Virus record (IMG/VR): IMGVR_UViG_3300047160_002455
Coordinates: 13,048-77,047 of that record
Origin: a virus
Lineage: Duplodnaviria > Caudoviricetes
Length of the DNA: 64,000 nt
Strand: one strand, 5' to 3'
Shown: positions 9,397-18,927 of the stretch, one piece after another
Layout: each line of letters starts with the position of its first letter
Numbering within the stretch: the first letter of the stretch is position 1
Translations under genes and position numbers: made by a program
Notes under the pieces: model-generated
Told to the model about the DNA's origin: nothing
Database searches by the model: none
What the model saw: the letters and a program-made list of their open reading frames with translations, nothing else

Positions 9397-9617
9397 AACC
9401 GTTGCCAGCTGCGCTTGCATCCATTCGCAAAGCGTATGAGCTAGGTGCTCACGTAGAGCAGATTACCGTTTACGGACTGACGGAGGAATCGGCGCGGTAC
9501 CTCGTCGCATGGCTGGACCAGAACGGAATCGAGCACAAGGGAACCGCGAGTAGTCAGGGAAGGCGCTGCGTTCCCTTGTGCTTCCCTAAACCCAAGGATG
9601 TAGACAACGATATTTAA
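9393..9617 (+). CDS. hypothetical protein
   Basis: ATGA overlap with the upstream stop. Confidence 0.5.
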   Translation: MKPLPAALASIRKAYELGAHVEQITVYGLTEESARYLVAWLDQNGIEHKGTASSQGRRCVPLCFPKPKDVDNDI

Positions 9618-9699
9618 GGACGCTCAACTCGGTGTTGAGCCGCCAGAGAGGGGAGGGGGTTTTTGACTGCGCCCCCTCCCCAGTTGAACAGAGGTAGCG

Positions 9700-10146
9700 A
9701 TGGCGCAACGTACCACGCTTGCCCAAGTCCAGACGCGCTTGCAGCGGGATTACGACTACAACCGTAATCCGGATTTGCAGCAAGCGATTGATATGGCAAG
9801 TCCAATGGTGGACGAGATTGCCAGCTACGCTAGTACGTTGGTCGCGTATCAGGTAATCCCGATGCCGACCTCGCGCCTGGAGCTAATCGAGCGGAATCTA
9901 GCTTGTCACTTCTACGTCATGAGTGACCAGCCCTATTCCAGCAACTCGACTTCGGGCGCGAGCGCGAGCTACCAGGGTCAGACGAAGATGTATTTGGAGG
10001 CAAGTAAGTATGGACAGATGGCAATAACGATGGACAGTAGCGGATGGCTCCGCGCTATGTACGCAACGGACACCCCGAAAGTTGCGAACGCGCTCTGGCT
10101 GGGTAAGAACCCCAGCGACCAAATCGACTACATCTATCGGAGGTGA
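9700..10146 (+). CDS. head-tail connector/adaptor (DUF4054-like)
   Basis: RLELIERNLACHF...SGASASYQG...YLEASKYGQMA pattern. Position after the head module. Confidence 0.7.
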   Translation: MAQRTTLAQVQTRLQRDYDYNRNPDLQQAIDMASPMVDEIASYASTLVAYQVIPMPTSRLELIERNLACHFYVMSDQPYSSNSTSGASASYQGQTKMYLEASKYGQMAITMDSSGWLRAMYATDTPKVANALWLGKNPSDQIDYIYRR

Positions 10147-10149
10147 ACC

Positions 10150-10236
10150 ATGACTTGGCTTACGAGTGTCGGGCTGCTCATTGTTCTATTGGTGCTTCTG
10201 CTTGCGTGCCTCTGGTACTGGGACCGGAAGGAATGA
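10150..10236 (+). CDS. 28-aa membrane microprotein
   Basis: MTWLTSVGLLIVLLVLLACLWYWDRKE with GGAGGT SD. Fills the gap between neck genes. Confidence 0.5.
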   Translation: MTWLTSVGLLIVLLVLLLACLWYWDRKE

Positions 10237-10239
10237 TAA

Positions 10240-10665
10240 ATGCCGCCCCCAGAGGAAGCGGATCTGTTCCAAGACACGGTCGTGTTTCCGTCCATCATGG
10301 TTGGTCGGAAAATGCCGATGTCTGCGGGCTATCCGCAGACCAATATCGAGGGTGAGGTTGTAGTCGGACCGCCCTATCAAATTCAGTGCCGGTGGATATG
10401 GAAGCGCAGTCAAGCGATGGACAGTCAAGGAAACGTGCAGGCAATTGATGTGACGGTGATTACCGCCCAAGAGGTTTTCGTCGGCAGCAAGCTGTTGTTG
10501 GGTGTGCTGGAGGATTGGGTCGGAACCGGGACGGGGACGGATGAGGACGGCATGGAAATGATGGAGGTGGTCAGCTACGACGAAACCCCGGACGAAAAGC
10601 GGCAATGTGTACGTCGGCAGTTGGCATGTAAGAAGTTCCGTGGCAACTTACCCACGATGCCCTAA
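10240..10665 (+). CDS. putative head closure protein
   Basis: Position in the neck module. Beta-rich 141 aa. Confidence 0.55.
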   Translation: MPPPEEADLFQDTVVFPSIMVGRKMPMSAGYPQTNIEGEVVVGPPYQIQCRWIWKRSQAMDSQGNVQAIDVTVITAQEVFVGSKLLLGVLEDWVGTGTGTDEDGMEMMEVVSYDETPDEKRQCVRRQLACKKFRGNLPTMP

Positions 10666-11075
10666 TGGCGCAGATACTCGGATTGAACCAAGTCCGCGCT
10701 AAACTAGGTGCTCTTATACAAGAGGCACATGCCGCGAACGTCTGTGTCGTTGTGGGCTACACCGCTGCCTATGCTTTGTACGTTCACGAGAACATTGAGA
10801 TGAAGCTGCGCGGGCAACCGCGTCCGCGCCGTTTGGGAATGGAACATGGCAAGTATTGGGATCCACAGGGACAAGCGCAAGCAAAGTTCCTCGAACAACC
10901 GGCGCGGCAGTATGCCAGCCAGATCGGGCGAATTGTGATAACCGCATACGGACGCACTAGGAACATGGCGCAGTCGCTGATTATGGGCGGTTTGTTCCTG
11001 CAGCGGGAAAGCATGAAGTTAGTCCCGGTGGACACCGGCAACCTGCGCGCTTCGGCATTCACGAGGGTGGAGTAA
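10665..11075 (+). CDS. neck protein, HK97 gp10-like
   Basis: YALYVHE, QAKFLEQP, VPVDTGNLRAS motifs. Confidence 0.8.
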   Translation: MAQILGLNQVRAKLGALIQEAHAANVCVVVGYTAAYALYVHENIEMKLRGQPRPRRLGMEHGKYWDPQGQAQAKFLEQPARQYASQIGRIVITAYGRTRNMAQSLIMGGLFLQRESMKLVPVDTGNLRASAFTRVE

Positions 11076-11785
11076 TGGACATTAACTGGGCAGTCGTTGG
11101 TCTATGTTTCAACGCGCCCCACTTCCTACTGCTGGCGCGGGGAACTGGAGAAGTGGAACCGCTCCTCCAAGTTGCCAACACGGAGAAGGAACACTACGAA
11201 ACGGTGTCACTAAGGAAGGTCGCTGCAATCAAGGCATTTGCCGTCAACCAGAATCTTGAGGCAGAAGCAAAGGACTGGCTGCAGCGCAAAGGTTGCCCCG
11301 CTGCCGATGCTGGCAATGGGGCGGTCATGATCTTAGACATGCTCACGCGCGCGGGCATGATAGACACCCCAGCGAAAAGTGTCCTCGACATTACGGGTAA
11401 GGATGTGCTGCCGGACAGTCGCTTGGGTAGCGACCTGGGGTCGATGATGATGGACTGGACCAATCCCGTTACGGGTGAGGTCCACCGTATCGAGGTTGTG
11501 CCCACCTTCTGCGCCAACTGTGGCGTGCAAAATCCTTACTACGTTCCCAAAGAAAACTGTGTCTGGACATTCTGGTTATGTGAGAACTGCGCCGCGACTT
11601 ACGGTGCCATCGCGGGCACTTACACGGAATCCGATAAAGCGTTTTGGGCAAAGGTCCAGGCGGAGATGATCGAACACTATGGTCACATCTTGAATCAAGA
11701 GGAGCTAGCGCGCTTACAAGATCAAGACTGGGGACCACTGGCGAGTCTCATAAAGGAGTCACCGATCAAGAGCGGTGACAAATAG
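11075..11785 (+). CDS. hypothetical protein with CxxC...CxxC zinc finger
   Basis: FCANCG and LCENC pairs. Confidence 0.6.
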   Translation: MDINWAVVGLCFNAPHFLLLARGTGEVEPLLQVANTEKEHYETVSLRKVAAIKAFAVNQNLEAEAKDWLQRKGCPAADAGNGAVMILDMLTRAGMIDTPAKSVLDITGKDVLPDSRLGSDLGSMMMDWTNPVTGEVHRIEVVPTFCANCGVQNPYYVPKENCVWTFWLCENCAATYGAIAGTYTESDKAFWAKVQAEMIEHYGHILNQEELARLQDQDWGPLASLIKESPIKSGDK

Positions 11786-11787
11786 CT

Positions 11788-12600
11788 ATGCCAATACCAA
11801 GGAACAAGACTGGTGTGTACTGTTGGCTAAACGCTGCCAACGGGAAGCGCTATATCGGTTCTGGGGCGAAGTGCCTCCAAGGACGCAAGGAACATCATCT
11901 CAATGACCTAGCGTCCAATAGGCATTGGAATCGGCACTTACAAGCTGCCTGGAACAAATACGGCGCGGACCGGTTCCAGTTCTGTGTCTTGGAATACTGC
12001 GAGTCCGACCTGTGCCTTGTTAGGGAGCAATACTGGATCGACCACTACCAAGCTGCGGACCAGCGCTTCGGTTACAACCTTTCACCGACAGCAGGCAGTC
12101 CGCTGGGGGTGAGGAGATCGGAGAAAACAAAGAAGCTGATATCGAAGGTCAAGAAAAAGCAGGGGCTGTCTCCGGAACTGAGACAGAAGATCGTAGCCGC
12201 TAATAGAAGGCGACGTGGCACTAAGCGCGGACCTAATAAAGTCCAATCGTCCCACAAGGGCAGGAAGTTATCAGCATTGCACAAGGCAGCGCTGGCAGCG
12301 GCATGGGTGAGAAGGCGGCGAAAATTTGGCAACAGTGGTTGCGAGAACAGGGAAGCAGTTACTAGGAAGGCAATTCAGACTAGGTTAGCCAACCCAGCTG
12401 CTAGAGGTGAATCACATTGGAACAACCGCCTGAGTAACGAGCAAGTCTTAGAGATACACAGGCGCGCGACTTCTGGCGAACCGAATAAAAATCTTGCCGA
12501 AGAGTTTGGAATTGATCCGAGCGCAGTAAGCAGGATTAAGTCTGGTAGGCGTCGGAGTTGGCTTACTGAGACTAAGGTAGAAGCTCCTATTAGAGAGTAA
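11788..12600 (+). CDS. GIY-YIG homing endonuclease with NUMOD3-like repeats and C-terminal HTH
   Basis: GVYCWLNAANGKRYIGS, REQYWID, GYNLSPTAGSPLG, RGESHWNNRLS...LAEEFGIDPSAVSRIKSG. Confidence 0.9.
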   Translation: MPIPRNKTGVYCWLNAANGKRYIGSGAKCLQGRKEHHLNDLASNRHWNRHLQAAWNKYGADRFQFCVLEYCESDLCLVREQYWIDHYQAADQRFGYNLSPTAGSPLGVRRSEKTKKLISKVKKKQGLSPELRQKIVAANRRRRGTKRGPNKVQSSHKGRKLSALHKAALAAAWVRRRRKFGNSGCENREAVTRKAIQTRLANPAARGESHWNNRLSNEQVLEIHRRATSGEPNKNLAEEFGIDPSAVSRIKSGRRRSWLTETKVEAPIRE

Positions 12601-12613
12601 AGAGAGGTGACAT

Positions 12614-13120
12614 ATCCCTTACGTCTACAATTTTCAGTCAAAACAAGTCGCTGAGAACTACGCCACGTCCGGCAGCGGCAACACCGAGATCGACTTTCTG
12701 TTTGTCAAACCCGGTGCAACCCGCGCCGTGGGCTTGCTCGCACTGCGCACCCAAGGCAAGGGTGCTGGTTTGACCGCCCTATCGGGCATTGAAATCCGCA
12801 TCAAGCAATGGATCAGCACGGCAAGCAGCGGCGGTACCGTCACCACCCCTGCGCCAGTCGATAAGCGCGCCCCTGCTGCTGCCGCGTCGATGGGGCAAGG
12901 CGCAGCGGGCGGTACCGGTGCGGTGACTTCGGGCACAGGCGGTCCCAACTATGTCGGTGGTACTGGCATGGGCGCAGCGGGTCCGGGTGGCTGGGTCGCG
13001 CCGAATGTGGACGCGCCGCCCTTCCTTGATGGCGGTGCCACTATGAGTCACGATCTCTTTTCGAGTTCGCCCACAGCGTCGTTGAACTTTGCCTACAACG
13101 GAGAAATCACGGAGAGTTAA
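12614..13120 (+). CDS. putative virion protein with non-canonical ATC start
   Basis: The frame of the listed 12728 ORF is open back to 12611. GAGGT SD at 12604-12608 precedes ATC CCT TAC GTC TAC (xPYVYNF...). Confidence 0.6.
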   Translation: MPYVYNFQSKQVAENYATSGSGNTEIDFLFVKPGATRAVGLLALRTQGKGAGLTALSGIEIRIKQWISTASSGGTVTTPAPVDKRAPAAAASMGQGAAGGTGAVTSGTGGPNYVGGTGMGAAGPGGWVAPNVDAPPFLDGGATMSHDLFSSSPTASLNFAYNGEITES

Positions 13121-13122
13121 GC

Positions 13123-13389
13123 ATGGAACGAAACGGTAAATTCCGTCTGGAGGAAATCCCGGAAGGTTTCCGAGTTTTCCAGGGTGACCAGTTCGTCGCG
13201 AACGTGCAGACCAAGGAGCCCTACTACGAGGACATCCCTGTCAAGAATGACAGCGGCAAACTGGTAGTAAGTCACAACGTCACCCACTGGCGGCTGAAAG
13301 AAGGCGGCAGAGACGATTACCTAGTTCACTTGCACCATCCCGCCTTCACCATCGGGGAGATGACAGAGATATTCGCGCTGCTAGACTAG
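13123..13389 (+). CDS. hypothetical protein
   Basis: 88-aa ORF starting 2 nt after the upstream stop. Confidence 0.6.
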   Translation: MERNGKFRLEEIPEGFRVFQGDQFVANVQTKEPYYEDIPVKNDSGKLVVSHNVTHWRLKEGGRDDYLVHLHHPAFTIGEMTEIFALLD

Positions 13390-13595
13390 CATGGCAATTG
13401 CGATTGTACAGAACGGTAGCGGCACACAATGTTTGCCGATGGCTCCCCAGGCTGTACTTGCGCTGACGGCGTTAGCGCGACTATGACCTACGACCCTACA
13501 GAAAGCTTAGGGCTTTGCTCAAGGCTTGGCACCCTCGTAAAGCAGACGAGCGTTCAAGCTTGCTGCTTCACCTGCCCCGATTACAAGGCTAGATA

Positions 13596-14324
13596 ATGCC
13601 CACCCAAGCTTTTTCATCGTCTGGAACGTGGACCTGTCCGACCGGAGTAACCTCTGTCCAGGCCGAATGTTGGGGCGGAGGGGGCAATGGCCATGCCGGG
13701 ACTACCACCGTTAGAGGCGGAGGAGGGGGAGGAGGAGGGGCCTACGCCAAGAAGAATAGCATATCCGTAACCGCTGGAACCAATTACACGGTAACAGTCG
13801 GAGGCGCAGCCGGAGATACTTGGTTCGACACGAATACAACCGTATTGGCCAAGGGCGGGGGAAGCTCATCCGGAACTAACGGCGCGGCCGGAGGAAGCTC
13901 TGCATCTTGTATCGGTGATGTAGTCCAAACAGGAGGCGCTGGCGGGACGGGCTTAGGCACTAGTACGCCCTCCAGCGGTGGAGGTGGAGGTGGCGCGGCC
14001 GGCCCAACCGGGACAGGGAACGCTGGCGGCAGCGGCGCAAATAGCGGTACTGGTGGGTCAGGAGGTACCGGACCCTTTGGGAACAATCCGGATGGCTCAG
14101 GAGGAGATGGAGGCAGCGGTTCAGGCTCTGTTGGTAATGATGGATTCGGCTACGGCGGAGGTGGCGGAGGTGGCGGTGATACGAGCGTAGGGGGAAGCGC
14201 CGGAGGCTCTGGACACGCTGGCGGCGTATTTCTCACCTGGACTAGCCCCGGCTCTTTCTTTCGGCCTACCACGATGGACGGTCTAGGCTCTGGCGGACCA
14301 TTCTTTAATAACCCGTTGTCCTAA
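13596..14324 (+). CDS. glycine-rich tail-associated protein
   Basis: MPTQAFSSSGTWTCPTGVTSVQAECWGGGG...GGGGGAY...ISVTAGTNYTVTVG, a typical phage Gly-rich domain. Confidence 0.75.
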   Translation: MPTQAFSSSGTWTCPTGVTSVQAECWGGGGNGHAGTTTVRGGGGGGGGAYAKKNSISVTAGTNYTVTVGGAAGDTWFDTNTTVLAKGGGSSSGTNGAAGGSSASCIGDVVQTGGAGGTGLGTSTPSSGGGGGGAAGPTGTGNAGGSGANSGTGGSGGTGPFGNNPDGSGGDGGSGSGSVGNDGFGYGGGGGGGGDTSVGGSAGGSGHAGGVFLTWTSPGSFFRPTTMDGLGSGGPFFNNPLS

Positions 14325-14350
14325 ATAACGAAATACGAGAAGATTAGGCC

Positions 14351-16033
14351 ATGAAACTTGCAATCCTCAAAGGCACGACCAGCTTTGTATCCCATATCTT
14401 CGTGCAGGATTCCGCGAGCACGACCGGCGCAGGTAAGACCGGACTTACCAACTCCAGCGTGACTTGCTATTACATGCGTAACGACAAGACTAGTAGCACA
14501 TCCAGCACAGTAAGCGCCATTACCACGCTAGGAACCTACGCCGGGGACGCCACGCATAGCGCATTCAAGGAAGTAGACTCCACCAATATGCCTGGCGTAT
14601 ACGAATTCCAGCCCGCAAACAACATGCTTGCTTCCGGCGCGCCCGCCGTTGTAATCATCTTGACCGGAACAGGCATAGCGCCCGTATTGATAGAGTTTGA
14701 GCTTACCGGCGTAGACCTCACCGCCGCCCAGCTGCCCGCCAACGTGACGCAGTGGTCCGGTGGCGCAGTGCCCGCCCCTCTGGTAACCGGTGTGCCCAAG
14801 ACGGACACAACCTACTGGGGAGGTGCATCGCCCAACGCCCTGAACGCGGGGCGCGTGGATGCCGCTTGCTCTGTCCGCAGTGGTACGTGTCAGACGGGCA
14901 GCACTTCCACCACGATAGTTTTGGATGCTGGCGCGTCGGCAACCAACAACCTTTATTTCGACCAAATCGTATTCCTGACTGGTGGAACCGGCGCGGGGCA
15001 AACCGCTTCTATTCAGACCTACACCGGCAGCAGCAAGACCGCCACCGTGTTCCCCGCTTGGAGAACCACCCCGGACACAACGACCACTTACACACTGTTG
15101 CCGATGTCGGAGACGGATGTCGGGAATTGGTTGAATGGCACACTGCTAACCCCGGATACTGTCGGCGCGCCGAAGCTGTCCGGTTACGACTCGGATGTAC
15201 TCGCGTCGGGCACAGCGCAGGCAGGTTCTTCGCAGTATATCCAGCTGGCAGCGGGATCATCTGCGACTACCAACCTTTACCAACAGAACCGAGTCAAGAT
15301 CATCGGCGGCACCGGTGTAGGTCAGTCCCGCGCCATCATTTGGTATGACGGTGTTGGAAAAGTTGCTTATATCAACGGCAACTGGACAACCGCGCCGGAT
15401 GCAACCTCTGTCTACGTCATCATGAGCGATGTCGAGGGACAGACGAACATGATGGGCGGTTTCGCTCAGTCCAGCACCTCGACTACGATCACACTGGCAG
15501 CGGCAGCGTCGGCAACAGACCACTTCTTTGAAGGTACCAAGATAAGCATTATCCACGGTACCGGACTCGGACAGACGCGCGTGGTTACTAACTACGTTGG
15601 CGCAACCAAGGTAGCGACCGTTGACCGCGCTTGGACCACTAACCCCGATACCACGAGTGGTTACTATTTCGCGCAAGAAGATGCCAACGTCAACTACCTC
15701 GGTGGGCAGGCAGTGACTGCTGCCGGGGCGATCACAATTGGATCGTATGTTGGCAACACCAACAATCTGTTCAAAAACGCTGCCTTTAACAATTTCGAGT
15801 TCTACATGACCAGCAATGCCGACCATGCCAGCGGCGCAGTCGGGGCAGTGGTGACGGCAACGCGCTCCTTGGACGGCGGCACCTTTGGTGCCTGCGCCAA
15901 TGCCCCATTTGAAGTTGGGCAGGGAATCTACGCTATCAACTTGGCAGCTACTGACTTGAACGCAAACTGTGTGACGCTGAACTTCACCGCTAGTGGTTGC
16001 GATGCCCGCTTGATAACACTTATCACGACATGA
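14351..16033 (+). CDS. large virion structural protein with three internal repeats
   Basis: Three copies of TTIxLxAGASAT..xY....I..GTGxGQxR.I..Y.G..KVA......W.T.PD.T..Y. Confidence 0.7.
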   Translation: MKLAILKGTTSFVSHIFVQDSASTTGAGKTGLTNSSVTCYYMRNDKTSSTSSTVSAITTLGTYAGDATHSAFKEVDSTNMPGVYEFQPANNMLASGAPAVVIILTGTGIAPVLIEFELTGVDLTAAQLPANVTQWSGGAVPAPLVTGVPKTDTTYWGGASPNALNAGRVDAACSVRSGTCQTGSTSTTIVLDAGASATNNLYFDQIVFLTGGTGAGQTASIQTYTGSSKTATVFPAWRTTPDTTTTYTLLPMSETDVGNWLNGTLLTPDTVGAPKLSGYDSDVLASGTAQAGSSQYIQLAAGSSATTNLYQQNRVKIIGGTGVGQSRAIIWYDGVGKVAYINGNWTTAPDATSVYVIMSDVEGQTNMMGGFAQSSTSTTITLAAAASATDHFFEGTKISIIHGTGLGQTRVVTNYVGATKVATVDRAWTTNPDTTSGYYFAQEDANVNYLGGQAVTAAGAITIGSYVGNTNNLFKNAAFNNFEFYMTSNADHASGAVGAVVTATRSLDGGTFGACANAPFEVGQGIYAINLAATDLNANCVTLNFTASGCDARLITLITT

Positions 16034-16680
16034 TTCTCAATTGGCGAACGGTGAGTCCGAACTACATCCGCTATATGCAGGCGGGGGACTTTGTCTTCGT
16101 CAACACCCACGGTGCCTTCAATCCGTGGTTGGAGGAGCAGGGCGGTTACGTTCAGAACTTCGTGCAAATGGAGATACCGTGGACGTTCACCACGGTTCCG
16201 ATCCCGGATGATCCCGTACAAGTTTTCCTACCGTTTCTGGAGGATGAAGGCGGCAATATCGACACCTACCGGCAGCAGCAGAAGGTGCCGTGGTACGCGC
16301 TCGCTTACACGGATGATGAAATATGGGTCAACTACTTTCCGACTCTTGACGAGGATTTGCCTTATGTAACGCGGGTCCAAGCGGTGCCGCCGCCCAGCTA
16401 TCCACGGCAGCACATTGGTATCGAGGAGGACGGCACACAGCTAACGAATTTCTTCTTGGATGAGTTCTATCTGCCGCCCAGCTATGCCCAACAGAGGCAG
16501 GCACCGATGGTGTTCTATGCCGCGCTGCCGGTGGGCTTCACGCTTGACGATCAGATAGCGTCGATAACCTACGGTCCTCCGGGTCTATTCGGTGGTTGGG
16601 TGTACGGTCCCGGCATGTATGACGGCAACGCTTTCGCGCCGGGGTTGCAAGGAGTTGGTTATATCAGCACGAGGGGCTAA
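16030..16680 (+). CDS. hypothetical (probable virion) protein
   Basis: ATGA overlap. Aromatic-rich 216 aa. Confidence 0.6.
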   Translation: MILNWRTVSPNYIRYMQAGDFVFVNTHGAFNPWLEEQGGYVQNFVQMEIPWTFTTVPIPDDPVQVFLPFLEDEGGNIDTYRQQQKVPWYALAYTDDEIWVNYFPTLDEDLPYVTRVQAVPPPSYPRQHIGIEEDGTQLTNFFLDEFYLPPSYAQQRQAPMVFYAALPVGFTLDDQIASITYGPPGLFGGWVYGPGMYDGNAFAPGLQGVGYISTRG

Positions 16681-17102
16681 TGGCAGGCAGAACAGTCAGC
16701 GGAGCGTGTGACCAGGGGGGCGCTTGCACCGTCTATGGGCGGCTGGCAGCACTGGACGCTCACGGTAAGAACGTGAACCCCGGTGAGGGCAATTGCCTGT
16801 TGCAAGGGGATGTTGCCAGCCTCAGTTGGACGATCTCCAACACAACGGATATCCCCAAGACGATTGAGGCAACCGGCACGTTGAATCCGACTACAGTTAT
16901 CTTTAACACTTTGCAGACTAGCGCGAATGACCCCGGTTACAAGGGGGATCTGAAAGGTTTCAACTTCAAATTCACGTTGCCAACGGGGGTGCTGATTAAG
17001 GGAGCGCGGACCTATTTGTTCCAACTGAAGATTGTCACGATGGGTAACTCCACCGGATACGCGCGGTGGATGATTACCACCATTCCGTCAACGGTACCAT
17101 GA
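16680..17102 (+). CDS. hypothetical beta-rich virion protein
   Basis: TAATG overlap. Located in the structural operon. Confidence 0.6.
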   Translation: MAGRTVSGACDQGGACTVYGRLAALDAHGKNVNPGEGNCLLQGDVASLSWTISNTTDIPKTIEATGTLNPTTVIFNTLQTSANDPGYKGDLKGFNFKFTLPTGVLIKGARTYLFQLKIVTMGNSTGYARWMITTIPSTVP

Positions 17103-17404
17103 GCGCAAACGTCGAAGCGATTGTTTCTATCGCTGGGTTTGTGATGGGTGCTATGTGTGGCAGTCTCATTACCTGGATCTTCATGACCCTGCGCGTCAAC
17201 ACGCTGGAGGACACCATCCTGGGATTGCAACAGGAGTTATGGAAAGCGCGGCAGGGGGATATCGGCAGGGATATGTACCGTAATCAGACGGCACACGATC
17301 CGCCCCTTGATCCCGGTAGCGACATGAAAGAAGCGCGGCGTCGCTGGCAGGAGGAACAGGACAGGCAGCGCTGGGAAGATAACGGTGGCGGGCAAACTCA
17401 ATGA
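17099..17404 (+). CDS. single-TM protein with coiled coil (possible holin-like)
   Basis: N-terminal TM IAGFVMGAMCGSLITWIFM followed by a charged helix. Confidence 0.5.
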   Translation: MSANVEAIVSIAGFVMGAMCGSLITWIFMTLRVNTLEDTILGLQQELWKARQGDIGRDMYRNQTAHDPPLDPGSDMKEARRRWQEEQDRQRWEDNGGGQTQ

Positions 17405-17844
17405 GTAACCTACAACACTCACCGGCGCGCATCGTCGCCCAGCTGCTCACTAATATGGGTGTGGGGGTTGCGCCACCGGCGCGCCCCTGGACGATCCAAG
17501 TAGACCAGGAACCGCCCGGACCGGACAACTGTATCACACTGTACAACACGCAAGGACAAGAAGATGGACGATCTATGTTGGACGGTGAAATCTTCCACCA
17601 CTACGGATTCCAGGTGCGCTTGCGGACGGCAGACCCCAAGTCCGGTTGGGTGAAAGCGGAAGCGGTGCGGCAAACTTTCGCAAAGAACATTTACGGAAAC
17701 ACTGTTAAAATAGATGCAAGCATCTACACAGTTAGATGCGTAGTTAAGATCGGGCAGGTGCTATCTCTGGGCACCGAGACACCGAACAGCAAGCGACACA
17801 TTTACACCATCAACGCGCTCGTCTTGTTGGATTCGGTAACGTGA
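17401..17844 (+). CDS. tail terminator / completion protein
   Basis: PDNCITLYNTQG...FQVRLRT...R..Y.IN pattern. Directly before the tail tube gene. Confidence 0.7.
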   Translation: MSNLQHSPARIVAQLLTNMGVGVAPPARPWTIQVDQEPPGPDNCITLYNTQGQEDGRSMLDGEIFHHYGFQVRLRTADPKSGWVKAEAVRQTFAKNIYGNTVKIDASIYTVRCVVKIGQVLSLGTETPNSKRHIYTINALVLLDSVT

Positions 17845-17889
17845 CAGGTTCCCCTCAGGTTCTCGCAGTCAGAGAGAAGAGGTTCAACG

Positions 17890-18366
17890 ATGGCTAACCC
17901 TCCTGCCTCAAAGCGGTCGGTGCCTACGGGGTTCAAGTTAGGAGATGGTTACCAAACCGAAATCTCCTTCAGTCGCAACAACGCTGTGAAGTTCTGGGAA
18001 AAAACCATTAAAGCCCCCGGACTGGACGGTGGTGACGGGATTGACACGACCACGCAGCTGAACACCAAATGGCGCACCAAGGATACGCGCCACTTGCAAA
18101 CGCTGACTGAGTGTACCTTCACCGCTGGTTACGACCCGGACTTTTACACCGACATCCTTGCGCTCATCAACTCACCGGGCGGCGTCACAATCCAGTTCCC
18201 GGATGACTCCACACTCACCTTCTGGGGTTACCTCCAGAAAATCGAGTTCGCGGAGTTGAAGGAAGGTGAGTTCCCGGAATGCACCGGGACGATCACCCCG
18301 ACCAACTGGGATCCAGCCAACTACGTCGAATCTGCGCCGGTGTTTGTGGGAGCAACGCTCACCTAA
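17890..18366 (+). CDS. major tail tube protein
   Basis: PGLDGGDGIDTTT...CTFTAGYDP...ITFPD.STLTFWGYL pattern. Position before chaperone and tape measure genes. Confidence 0.8.
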   Translation: MANPPASKRSVPTGFKLGDGYQTEISFSRNNAVKFWEKTIKAPGLDGGDGIDTTTQLNTKWRTKDTRHLQTLTECTFTAGYDPDFYTDILALINSPGGVTIQFPDDSTLTFWGYLQKIEFAELKEGEFPECTGTITPTNWDPANYVESAPVFVGATLT

Positions 18367-18448
18367 AACCATCGAGGCGTCCACCGGGGAATGATCTGGG
18401 GTGTTCCCAGACCCCGGTGGCATTGAACCTTTTCTCTCTGAGGAAGCA

Positions 18449-18919
18449 ATGGCTGATCTTGCGCTGGGGCTTGATCTGGATGATCTTACGCCCGTCGAAA
18501 TTCCATTCTCGTATCAAAACAAACCCTACTTGCTCTGTGAGGCAACGGAGGCAGTTGCCGTTGCTTACAAGAACAAGCTGACCCGCGCCGTCAAACTGGG
18601 TCCGGATGGTAAACCCACATCGGTTGAGGACATTGCCAGTGTGGAACCGTTCCTGGTGGGCGGTTGCGTCTACACCGTCAAATCGGATGGTACTAAGGAC
18701 AAGCAGGTTGGTGAGTCGGCAGTCCAGCAATGGTCCTACCGTCTCACGTCGCGCTTGTACGCGAAGGCGCAGGAAATCTCCAATCTCGAAGTCGGCGCGG
18801 ATAGCAAGGATGCGCTGGTCAGACAGAGGGTAGAACTGGATCGCAGGATAGCCGCGCTGGAGTCCAACGGAGACGCGCTAAAAAACGTGTCCTCCGCTAC
18901 GACGGACACCTCCGCGTAG
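18449..18919 (+). CDS. tail assembly chaperone (G)
   Basis: GAGG SD. Between tail tube and tape measure genes. Ends just after a slippery heptamer. Confidence 0.75.
   Translation: MADLALGLDLDDLTPVEIPFSYQNKPYLLCEATEAVAVAYKNKLTRAVKLGPDGKPTSVEDIASVEPFLVGGCVYTVKSDGTKDKQVGESAVQQWSYRLTSRLYAKAQEISNLEVGADSKDALVRQRVELDRRIAALESNGDALKNVSSATTDTSA
18880..18886 (+). other. programmed -1 ribosomal frameshift site A AAA AAC
   Basis: X XXY YYZ heptamer in the correct phase. The -1 frame reads RVLRYDGHLRVAHSL without stops into the 18928 ORF. Confidence 0.8.
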
Positions 18920-18927
18920 CGCACAGC

